DNA of 62,956 bases, filler included, from Stramenopiles sp. TOSAG23-6 (lineage: Eukaryota), in the NCBI GenBank assembly GCA_900128565.1. It is 6 parts of 6 records of this genome, joined end to end, with 100 filler letters (N's around TTAATTAATTAA, not from the genome) between each part and the next. Parts side by side here need not be neighbours in the genome. Positions count along the whole stretch, not along the records: positions 12,355 to 24,588 come from LT636210.1; positions 24,689 to 36,900 come from LT636211.1; 4 more parts are not named here. One strand, 5' to 3'. The notes beneath the pieces are model-generated. The model was not told the DNA's origin. It searched no databases and saw only the letters and a program-made list of their open reading frames with translations. Made by a program: the position numbers and the translations under genes. This document shows, in pieces, positions 22,501 to 30,065 of the stretch; within the stretch, counting starts at the first letter, position 1; each line of letters starts with the position of its first letter.

Positions 22501-24588
22501 TTTTGTAAAATGTATACAAAACCACTCGATATAATTTTTGATACTTCGATGAGACTCATTTCGAGATAATTTAATTTTTACATTTTTGTTTTTGTGCAAA
22601 ATAATAGGAATGACTGAACCAAGAAGAAGACCAGATGCAGCTAATATAGAATCCGGTGGGCGAACATCATCTGATTTCTTTTTAAATTCTGCCAGACTTG
22701 ATATTTTTGATATATTCAACAATTGTAAAAGAAGAAGTGGCTCTTTCGCGAAACTCTCTGTGGACGGATCATGATCAGCTACAGAGTAAATTGCATTCAT
22801 CAACCTTCCATGAACCGTATTTGGGAAAATCATCATTTGTTCTCGGAGCTCAGTTAGACGATGTCTTCCGATAGAAGGGAGTAATAAACGCGAACACGCG
22901 CGGGCTCCTACATATGCATTATGAAAGTCGACATCATTATTCTCGGTGTTTTCTTTCTGAAGAGAAGAAGCAATTGACAGTAATGCATAAACAAGGTTTT
23001 GTGCAGTATCAACACTCGGCTGTGTGTATGAGTAACTAACTCCCGCAGAGGAAACTAGCTGAAAATGATTATTGATCATATTGACTATTTGGCATGTAAT
23101 ATATCTACTTTTGTACTGTTTTGGTTCATCAAATATTTCGTCTTTATGGATTTGCTTCTTGTTTAGTAGCGGTGATTTTGGTGGTATTGGTGGAATCTCA
23201 TCTGATTTAATGGAATTTTCATCAGATGAAGTAATGACATCAACGCTATCCTTTGTAAGTAGATGCTGGCTATATTTTTGATCTTGAATTTCTTCATTGT
23301 GATCAATGGATGCAACAGACGATGAATTTATGAGAACACTAAGTTCAGAAGCACGCGTAGGAGATGCAATCCATTCTCTAGGCCAATCTTCACAATGTGT
23401 GATAGATTCATCAATTCTTAACTCTTTTGATAGAATTTCAATTGAATGGGAATCATCGAAAACACATTTCTTATCAGGTATTTTTACCTTTGAGTGAGAC
23501 AAGGGCAAAGCTAATACTAATCTTGCTCCTACCAATGATCCTAACGCCTTCTTTAAAGCTTCAAATGGACTGGACACAACACTTTTTTCATCTATAGATA
23601 TAAGGTGCATCCCTTTTAAGATACCTGCTTCTTTGTTCATTGAACCTCGCTTCTTTGAAAATCCACTTATTTTTATACCTGTTTGTCTAAATTTATCAAT
23701 ACTCTTCACTTTGATTCCTAATCGTAAACCGTCTAATACAAAGGCACACCTAGCATCAAGATCATATTTGTAATTATATATTGAGGGGGGATATTTTATT
23801 TGACTAGTGTGTACCTCAAGCTTTTGTCCTCGGTCTGATATATCAAGAAGTTCATTGGTTCCTTCTTTGGATATATATTTTATGACTATATAGTTGTCAG
23901 TTTCATTTGGTATATCGATAATAATTGCGCGACGAAAATTCGCAATGCCATCGACAAATTCAATGTCGTTATTATTTTTACACAGAAAAACTACTTGCCC
24001 GACCGTAAGATTCTTCTGATATTCATCGAGAGAGTTATCACATCCTTCGGTTACAATATTTGCCGACTCAGTAATGTAATCGTGACTTTTATTTACATCA
24101 TTGAAATCTGAATGGACAGATTCCTCGATATTATTTTGCTTGTTTGAGAAAGCTAAAGAAGGCTCAATTGTAATAAGACAACGATATAAAATACTCCATA
24201 CTAAAGGATTACTAGTTTCAAGAGCCATGGGAACATCAACAACACCACTTGGCAAAACAGACTGTTCAGCGAAAGCCTTTGGTCTATCATTTGCTTTTAT
24301 ATTTGCTATTGAACTTGTCACAGACCCAGAAAGATTTTTACAACCTGAAAGGGTTGCAAGTGTTTTCATTTCCGCTAGAAGTTTCGATACATATTCCATA
24401 TATGTTTTAGGCTCTATTATATTTGGTTTACTATACGGCGTAGAATCATATCTTGTTTCATCTTCGATACTTCTAGTTGTACTAATATTATCTTCATTAT
24501 TATTTTGGGTGTAAGATTCTACAATATTATCCTCAGTTTTGCTTTCGGTCGAGGAAGAGTCCTCACAGCTGTTTGAATCGTTCCTTCT
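13516..24588 (-). CDS. Giant HECT E3 ubiquitin ligase (HERC/HECTD4-like; PDZ-like and two UBA-like segments; 5' truncated)
   Basis: C-terminal HECT (VKFKGEEGLDWGGLYRD, FLQFVWGRSRLP, LPLAHTCFFQIELPPYSS); frame stays open to the contig end; one in-frame intron. Confidence 0.9.
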   Translation of the reverse strand, partial: RRNDSNSCEDSSSTESKTEDNIVESYTQNNNEDNISTTRSIEDETRYDSTPYSKPNIIEPKTYMEYVSKLLAEMKTLATLSGCKNLSGSVTSSIANIKANDRPKAFAEQSVLPSGVVDVPMALETSNPLVWSILYRCLITIEPSLAFSNKQNNIEESVHSDFNDVNKSHDYITESANIVTEGCDNSLDEYQKNLTVGQVVFLCKNNNDIEFVDGIANFRRAIIIDIPNETDNYIVIKYISKEGTNELLDISDRGQKLEVHTSQIKYPPSIYNYKYDLDARCAFVLDGLRLGIKVKSIDKFRQTGIKISGFSKKRGSMNKEAGILKGMHLISIDEKSVVSSPFEALKKALGSLVGARLVLALPLSHSKVKIPDKKCVFDDSHSIEILSKELRIDESITHCEDWPREWIASPTRASELSVLINSSSVASIDHNEEIQDQKYSQHLLTKDSVDVITSSDENSIKSDEIPPIPPKSPLLNKKQIHKDEIFDEPKQYKSRYITCQIVNMINNHFQLVSSAGVSYSYTQPSVDTAQNLVYALLSIASSLQKENTENNDVDFHNAYVGARACSRLLLPSIGRHRLTELREQMMIFPNTVHGRLMNAIYSVADHDPSTESFAKEPLLLLQLLNISKISSLAEFKKKSDDVRPPDSILAASGLLLGSVIPIILHKNKNVKIKLSRNESHRSIKNYIEWFCIHFTKCASSICSEVIDVLSSENFSTDIKERKVDTNYRKYTAIEMLLKDSIVGTSMPYIIAELSLLLTSNSNHVLPTRSIVDILPIMVRFATLSYQVCVCFPDILASESQFCNRRKKERLSHIKHSSDCFSVNSLKRDQNAKDNCIHSKEPLNIHWFLSLHKTVIGIISNMSEILIRGSKISSVESNLVGWLHSPIFNCINRRQDNLGLEMDLESKTGGGNSQSNGPNPHNTEYISEDQKNDLTWKKSWSGINVANDLDSSGSGKNVHVQAAEVQNEIQQTQQINSPVFSVYQKITSEVIDTAIKWLECKKPLSKLQRRNQCLIPELDRKLFNIAIRRSGVSLSIEVMDIFRGKESNVDSEFFIRSKDPSEKMMIVWNNIKQMRKLMKQKNAEFKNSRSPEIELFNEQVELLRLLEEEKKYESERSQSKTHSVSNHREWEDKEAQNRSRKLRIYKLRTVHFCHFDIPKSYEEAKSQAEERLDFALKLMPLYDKKFYKKDELDKVLESAIKYALEGFRAPPKVLSKMMRKRNARARSRAFGLNAISELFYQCTRNSFLSCDTDDSKTTMVSDFNEILPRIRSALVSHFTKAENNKNASVYLRSFTNYTHYLADITGASTSTQHEVQNTFYSLHKMIFSWLPQLIHSLRHSPNNCDDLGHAKLCENIFGAFAFDWNKNDIDILLLMPMKFDKIEKSTKTTESSLLSCLLSYLDVSTLAKTHVKAQDETCISSVPGRAEGSNCSGNTELDDELDILFGVDEDDNDEGMSYRTEKEFSSKPNFNNLQESKHLKDALPIIKRAAWGAFKLLGMISMGCTRSSTFDQNTYIRRPKMIAPLYTTILKKLRSDISLATTTLREMSISINPKIKSFHEGRSLENILFSRLMLLVEFNLQMYADNETIDHFSILQNIGLDTLLSVLEWSSPRCKRLTLLFLRRELPSSKTPFREENPHVKSDFKVTKEGSKFKANAMVKDMIRLIGKSVCIDTIYHDGKPSPLSNIPDSRVWESRGFGSGVTQQAISSDTVLLLQTLLKVKSNIDVGNGISVSWSSIVADEISLQLSNIHEMYEDLAIEYKDTDELSYQISSHIAAVGAICVIGGIAPYCFRGCRVLPLPVAQENTDTMRLLGISNREDAANMGTYLFHNVRGDIVHVYYPENSFQMNVNDDVFSEIDEVGSINRIFGIGIDATIIKMPIHTLVPVTTSSFPTELANLLRPGSKLASHLLGKRNTRKTNSFGLASNDTSTKPLLLRLFITVLQNMQQDKTDTSPTINSKDNFPGNPTHTEQTDPLLLSANLKQWQSSFHVCVIRLLSRICSHTILAEQILSCCTYDKPLINIIPNYAGDTQKKYQKKDSIKMPQFLHLLSSLSTSATNLPSLISLRWLEARAVILEQRIIESKDYNFFVEDSRQSSGSDPQQGDSGNTKQIKRMESANTLMHLVGGTYNLQTCQRSLAMNGDDINRAAEWLLTHAGAYVMGGGMYGDSNDDDISTTGDVSNCTANRMNQSQISFGGRNETREATARQLALTAGLPPKLCSLALEISHDEADRAMGWLLDYGQQYLPGISDGKYSGKFVGDNFNRSLSEDEGNAAMCEDVFDDEYDATTMAESSSERHDEDGGSGRMDKNSENGISSCLASENEMFQEYFGGSRGAATGLLERLTGDTAAVARFLRPGTLITVTSKVGPIASVAGITGVVCSLQTNDVNENNISEDEAGNEESSEDIVVSSQSVVLKIFDADIGLHYTQCVPIGQCRRHMLIFGTRLGGRGGKNQSNYAEMLNLLKLHQDTNSNLVIQYARRAMIGLMSAWSARKPFTMFLDTIGGCERLLILSKLMIATESSSRYGDYPGYSKKIAAKKEASRDKGNHDSFISEDSSSSFVRVLKSKLRQALQLSNNDAESIFVRDCAWHVMESTSLITGIAITSRTVESLHPYFPICDYFGVVRFEGAKALQLRFDPRCALGIRSLSTHDTALEIYQADQVTLLEAAAGVFHEKKLIRRFRFEEDENGDPFKGENYVVHNEAFMYRFWSVPRYTNTDNSRCSSNRFGGMDWGFRFDVSPMRGLQWLREEQVLNSPSLEWACWMLGVLLEEENKLARQKHQVHFFNHQKQQKNLIQRNTNDNTRNVGSISTDLKCNRNGVYCADVVAALSRYLRTPGAPYKSRIVAVLTQLLSSPEKFRSTSSLNIGSSDSNTKSKMSKGVSNERKMYVGILDLRPLRYLPTAVVRMVDHAKKKGDIFLPPALQRLAELAAAVKAFPSRAQGGHDTWHFSWPPSLPTTKKYSRGLFGLRSETGLDPPLINRLLHHTKDGVSETQLDSLIAVVEISYTLLHGSRLSDTMASRIWLHANGYKDKNTSRLKSKSAKYDCEQRVLAMSHWKYQMDVSLICWCNNQEIEKGGSLLIMDCDQVTLTKKCKLKYHAISNVPLSDLRYRFALLQFWNKKFADCIELVDLQASSSSWSVGCLLSETLSHCVFREVKTKLLRSAIEASQWVNPSTDRRIKRIRRQITSINNQVDKKSISDSRKKKLQQKINELSTLLASVVEKALNAKPPNLVVQLDNELVRHTLEGGEKLRDPQFSRGLFAQAFSRLHHVSCRRLRAKLDSRNRLFSVKFKGEEGLDWGGLYRDTLSRIVLELFSGDSRSINLMMLCPNGRNGEGTNNDKFLPDPRHTSKISIEMFEFLGKLIGISLRTSAALPFEFAPLVWEQLANPNSNSSQETGLASVHVVEARRLASIEEFSAYYDNKSGEAVEDSHINFVNSSMELNEIEKAFHEKFPDLNFTIGTLGPSTAAIDNDLDVHTWISELVPGGRDVAVTWVNRLEYVNRARKHVCFIFFSNSIFFVRNFVPNDFFFKYFSKIHLLHESYQQVAAIRRGIVTLVPDRALRLLNWNELEVCVCGNPNIDIEIIKKHTTYHGYSASDSPCRRFWRVLKSFSQDDKSKFLQFVWGRSRLPRESVWPRPFKLTKGNSDTSRLPLAHTCFFQIELPPYSSDEVMRQRLLTAIHYSGGEFLIR
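13978..14067 (-). mobile_element. Introner-like intron GT-AT, 90 nt, in frame and stop-free
   Basis: Removal gives EYVNRARKH|LLHESYQQVAAIRRG with normal HECT spacing. Confidence 0.92.
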
Positions 24589-24688
24589 NNNNNNNNNNNN
24601 NNNNNNNNNNNNNNNNNNNNNNNNNNNNNNNNTTAATTAATTAANNNNNNNNNNNNNNNNNNNNNNNNNNNNNNNNNNNNNNNNNNNN
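24589..24688. other. Artificial contig linker
   Basis: N-TTAATTAATTAA-N. Confidence 0.97.
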
Positions 24689-27600
24689 ATGTTTTTGAGT
24701 CAGTAAAATATAACTGTACGTTTTCATGATGAATTTTTTACCTGAATTTTTTACCTAAATTGTTTTTCACAGAAAATCGAAAGATTTTGAATCTAACGTA
24801 TTACAAACAAACATATTTTTTAACTATACATGTTTATTACTCGCTGGCCCAGGACTCTTAATCACTACAGCAATTACAGGTGGATTTGTCAAAGGTGTTG
24901 TCTATCCTGATTGGTCATGGGAATTATCGTTTTTGTTCGGGACGTTATTGTCAGCAACGGATCCCGTTGCTGTTGTCTCAGTCTTAAAAGAGTTAGGTTG
25001 CAAAAGTTTGTCCGTTACTATTGAAGGGGAAAGCTTACTCAATGATGGTGTTGCTGTTGTTATTTTTTCAATATTATTTCCATTTGTATCAGACAACGAA
25101 AATTTTGATGAGTCTTTTGAAAATATTTTTGTATTTTTTCTTCGAATGGCTCTCCTTGCCATAGTCTACGGTGCAGCCTCTGCTTGGTTAACATCGACAT
25201 GGCTGTATTATATATTCAATGATGGTATTTTAGAAGTAACAATTACTTTATTTTCAACATACTTGTTGTATTTCATTGCCGAATTTTATATACACACCTC
25301 CGGTGTACTGTCTGTAGTGGCATATGGTTTATATTTTGCGTCAATACATGTGACGTGCATTTCTATTTTGCACCTAACTTTGCACCTAACGATTCTTTAA
25401 AAATATTTTTTCGCAGTACATGAGCATGTGGTTACAGTATGGGAAGTATTTTCTTTTTGTGGTAACACTATATTATTTGGGTTAACAGGTTATGTTATAG
25501 GTAATTTCGACTTTTCGTATGTAGAGACGTATGATTGGCTGATTCTTTTTGTCTTATATGGTGTATGCACGGGTGCCCGTATTGTTGTCTTTGCCTCGAC
25601 ATATCCAATTCTAAAGAAAGGTGTGAATGGAATGACACCTGGTGATTGTATAGTTAGTATTTGGGGCGCTTTGAGAGGTGCTGTAGGTTTAGCACTTGCT
25701 CTGATGGTTCATAGTGATGCATTTACTATAGGAAAGTCATCCAAATATAACGAAGAAGGACGTTTGGTTCTATTCCACACATGTGGTATTGTTGTTCTCA
25801 CACTATTGGTGAATAGTACTTCAATTGAGAAATTATTGGATCATTTGGGATATACCTACATTCCACCCCAACAACAAAAAATTGTACAACTGGCATTAAA
25901 GCAGCTTCATGACGTAGCTGAAGATGAAATCCAACTTCTACAAAAAGACCCACTTCTGGCTTGTGCTAATTGGGATCATATCAAGAGTGTCGTGTTCGCC
26001 ATGGATGATATCCATATCGCTGATCAGTTAAGTGAAGAGCATCTAAACAAAGAAATCACTGATTCTCATACTATTGCAGAATCTCGAAGACGATTTCTAT
26101 TGTCAGTAAAGGCTGGGTATCATAAAATGTTTGAACACGGAATTCTTTCACCACAAGCTTTACGACATTTACTTGAAGCAAATGAAACTGCATATGATCA
26201 TCAGTATAGGCTTCATGATGAATGGGAAGCACTATTGGATGAAACGCCATTTTTAGCATATATTGCAAGAGATACAACACTTGCCCAGCATGAGCATGAT
26301 GATATTATGCAAAATACGAGAAAGAAGAAGAGGGGATTACATAAAGTTCTTAGCGAGAACGCAAAAACAATGCTATCTAGTATCCTTCCTGGCCAAGAAG
26401 GTAAAAAGGTGCGCGAGCAAGAGAGAGCGAGTATGTTTGCTTGGATGGCTGATTTATACCTCAAAGAAGTTGTCGTTGAAGAAAGTGGGCAGCGTCAAGG
26501 AGTTTTTGCATGGCTTTTACGGCGATTACTTGCAAGTCATGTATGCCTATGTTGTAACATGGTATCTGGATTTTTACATGCGCGTGAAGAATCTATGGAT
26601 GTTATCGTCAAATTTCTACATAATCATGGTGACAAGCAATCGTCTGGTCATGCACATGCAGATGCTGATGCTGTATTTGAAGCACAACGTACTTGGTTAC
26701 CCGCTTTGAGAGGGATGTATGTTTTCATCATTGCTTTGTTTTTTTTTTTTTCTTACGAAATTTCATACCTAACCCTTTCCTTTGTAAATAATTTTCACCG
26801 TACATGGTACACAGAGATATGAGTACAGCAACTCGAATACTTCTTCGTTGTCAAGAACTATTTCCTGATATTGCAGCTCAGAGTGAAACGCTTATTGGTG
26901 GACGTCATGCAATCAATATACAAAGAATAACAGTTCGCGAGTTGTGCCATGAAGGTCTTTTAGATAAAGAAGAAGAAGAAAAATTAATACATCAGCTTAA
27001 TGCGAAAATCAAACGATCACGGATGTGGTTACCACCCGCGGGTACTGGAGGAAGCCACAAAGCCATTATGTTACATAGTCTATCTTGGCTGAAATCATTA
27101 GGAGAAGAAACAAGTACAGTGTGCAATAGCCCTAAAGAACATAAAATAGTAGACGAGGAAGGCAAGGAAAAGATGTTTGAAAAGTTATTAGAAAACACAA
27201 AAACACTGAGTTTTTCTCGTATGGGATCTCATATTTTAGAGGCGAATGAACTTTGTAATACTGTATTTGTAGTTGCTCGTGGTAGTGTAGAAGTGGTTGT
27301 TCCTGAGACGATGTTACAAGCTGATAAAATACCAAAAAACGACAATTACAATGAGGAGAAATTTTCTAGTGTTACTGAAACTGAGGACTCCGGTAAGAGA
27401 AGTCAAGGAGGAATTCGTGTACTACAGTTAGGTAGGGGTAGTCCATTTAATCAATTGGCTTTTCTTACTCAAACAAAGAATCCATTTATGATACGAACTT
27501 CGTCAAGAATTTGTGTTGTTTTTGCAATTAGTGGAGACTTTGTTCGCACCCAACAGAGTGTTATATCCGCATTATGGCAGCAAGTTGCAACGGACATGGC

Positions 27601-28402
27601 TCTCCCTCTTCTTAGTAAGGCCTCGCCATGGAAAGATTGGACGCCTAGAGGTCTTCGGCGAGCTTTGACTTCGTGGATAGTGACAATGCCTGCAGGAAAA
27701 CTGTCAACGGATCCAGTTTTAGCAGAAAAAATGAAAAACAAAGCGGCAATTCCAGTTCATTTTAAACGACCGGTAATACTATTAACTGGATCAGCGACAC
27801 AACCAGAGCATGAGCATTTAAATGATGATATTGATCAAGATCATGATTTTGAGGGTGAAGCTAGTATCAACTATTCACCACCATGTGTTATGCGTTCTCA
27901 AGATTCCGGATTACCAAATGCACATTATATTGTTTGGTTAACCCCTGGATCTCGTGTCTTTGGTCAAAAACAAGCATTAGTTGGCGTCATTAGATCTGCA
28001 GAAGAAATGCTTGAAGCTCACATTTCTAGAAAAGATCAAAATATAATGTGTAAAAGAATGGAAAATAATGATTCTGGTAATGTTCAAAATATGGCTAGAT
28101 CCATGATGACAATGATTGCGTCAAATTCACAGGCAAATTCTACGGATACCGATGATAAAATAGAAAAAGCATTAGCCGATATGAGGCATGCGCATCATGA
28201 AGCCGCAATACATCATAAACAGCATCATGGAATATTGGATAATGATGACATTGATGACATTACAGAAGAGGGTAAGAAACAGAAAAAGAAATTATTCAAT
28301 AGATCCAGGTGGCAAAAAAGTATGGATAGAGTCCGGGGTAAAGATTTTCTGAAAAAGTTAAGACCAACAAAAATAGAACCAACTACACAAAAAAAATCTT
28401 AA
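24689..28402 (+). CDS. SOS1/SLC9C-like Na+/H+ exchanger with C-terminal cyclic-nucleotide-binding-like domain (5' truncated)
   Basis: LLAGPG, LSATDPVAVV, IEGESLLNDG, SGVLSVV, WGALRGAVGLALAL; CNBD-like VFVVARGSVEVV. Confidence 0.9.
24716..24831 (+). mobile_element. Introner-like intron GT-AT (degenerate)
   Basis: T|GTACGT...TATACAT|GT gives NCLLLAGPG. Confidence 0.75.
25350..25421 (+). mobile_element. Short degenerate introner-like intron GT-AT
   Basis: Two CACCTAAC motifs, AAATATTTTT, ends GTACAT; phase 0; donor uncertain. Confidence 0.6.
26717..26805 (+). mobile_element. Introner-like intron GT-AT
   Basis: AT|GTATGT...CGTACAT|G joins two long ORFs. Confidence 0.85.
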
Positions 28403-28550
28403 ACCTGGTTATAAAAAACAAGATGAAATTAGATAGTTTTAGATGAAATTGAATTTTTGGAAAGACAATAACAAAAACAGCTGTTGATGTTTAAATTATT
28501 TTATAATATTATATATAAAATTGAGCAATGTATATCATACTCTCAATTAA

Positions 28551-29859
28551 TTACTCAACTTTAGTTGTTAAATCAGCTAACAAGGTACCATGTGAATGAA
28601 AAAATATGTCAATTTTAGGTGTTTTTTTGTTAGGTACAAAATTTACTATGAAAACAAATTCAAAAAACAGCCAGAAAGAAAAATAATCGTTGGGTCAGAA
28701 TTTTCTATCCAAGAAAAAGATAAATGAATTTGAAATTCATCTTGAAAACACACCCTAGGGATTGGGATAAACCAATATAAAGAAAAATGTTCCCCAAATA
28801 TTTCCACAAGTCCTACATGTATTTTGGAAAAATATTTCAAAAAAAAAAAAAAAAAAATTTGTTAGGTACAAAATTTCGTACTAAAAAAAAAATCGATTTT
28901 TTTGTAAAAAAAAAGATAAAACATACATATACACTGCGGTCATCTTTTCCATCTTTATTTTGCATTCTATCGATTGTTGACAAATCATCGCGAACGGCGT
29001 CGTACTGGTCACAAGACATGTATTGTGAAAAAATATGTTGCATTCGGAATTGTAAAACAAAATCATTAGGTACGAAATTTCATACTAAAAACAAAAATTT
29101 GAAATTGATAATGAAAATGTACATTGCACAGACAAATGCAAGAAAGAAGATAGAGCATATGCACATTATGATGCAAACTAACATTCCCCATGGCGGAAGC
29201 GGATCAATACATATAGTATCTCGACTTAAGCAAAAAATGCCACGTGATAAAAACATAGTCACTGCAAAGGCTTCACCTAAAATTACATAAAACAGAAATA
29301 ATAGAAAATATTTCTGATTATATTTCCCCACACAATTGTTAACCCAAGGACAGTGGTGATCCATTCTTTGGACACACCGATTACAAGTACTACAATGATG
29401 TACCCCTGGCGTCTTATAGTTCAGACAATGTCGGCATATTCTTAAATAGCTATCTTGTAAGTATGGCTCCGCGCTCTGGCGCGATTTAAGATATTCTTTG
29501 TAATCCTCTAAAGTAACTTTATTCAATTCTTGACAACCTGGGTCAGTGAGCATACACCGTAAGTGGCATAGTGCAGACATAAAAGATAAAAATGTTATTA
29601 CAAGCACACATAATATTCCAGGCAAGGACCACTTGAACCATGGTAATATCACTATGTTAACGACAGACCACTCCGTCAACGCAATAACGAAGAGGCCTAA
29701 TCCAGCACAAAATATTCCACAACAGTCGAGATGTACACACCATGCAGACAAGCCACAACTATTACAATGTGGACTGTCATCGGAACATTTAAGACCAAAA
29801 ATTCGCCAACACGACAGCCACGCATCACAACATGGCTCTTCTAAACCATCACAACACAT
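28551..29859 (-). CDS. DHHC palmitoyltransferase (ZDHHC3/7-like); 4 exons
   Basis: HHCSTCNRCVQRMDHHCPWVNNCVG; spliced C-terminus STIDRMQ...EIFGEHFSLYWFIP. Confidence 0.92.
28590..28753 (-). mobile_element. Introner-like intron GT-AT
   Basis: GTGTGTTTT donor, AAATTTTGTACCTAAC core, ends TTCACAT. Confidence 0.7.
28817..28926 (-). mobile_element. Introner-like intron GT-AT
   Basis: TAT|GTATGT...AAAATACAT|GTA. Confidence 0.88.
29018..29122 (-). mobile_element. Introner-like intron GT-AT
   Basis: AT|GTACAT...CAATACAT|G. Confidence 0.88.
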
Positions 29860-30065
29860 GGTAATGATTTCCCAAAATCAATTGATGAGAGTCTCTTTTT
29901 TACATTGCTTAAAAAAAAAGAAAATTGACTACCCATAACCCTAACCCTAGTGACCAATTAAACCGATGAACGGTTAATTTACTCTATCTTACGCGTATCT
30001 TCTTATTTATTTTGCAATTATACGAACCATTGTATCCACCCAGAGAGACAAAATTGACTTAGAAG

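Noticed and set aside
13622-24514. Many short plus-strand ORFs over the HECT gene, and similar shadow ORFs elsewhere
   Set aside because: Antisense or alternate-frame by-products of long real genes with no recognisable motifs.
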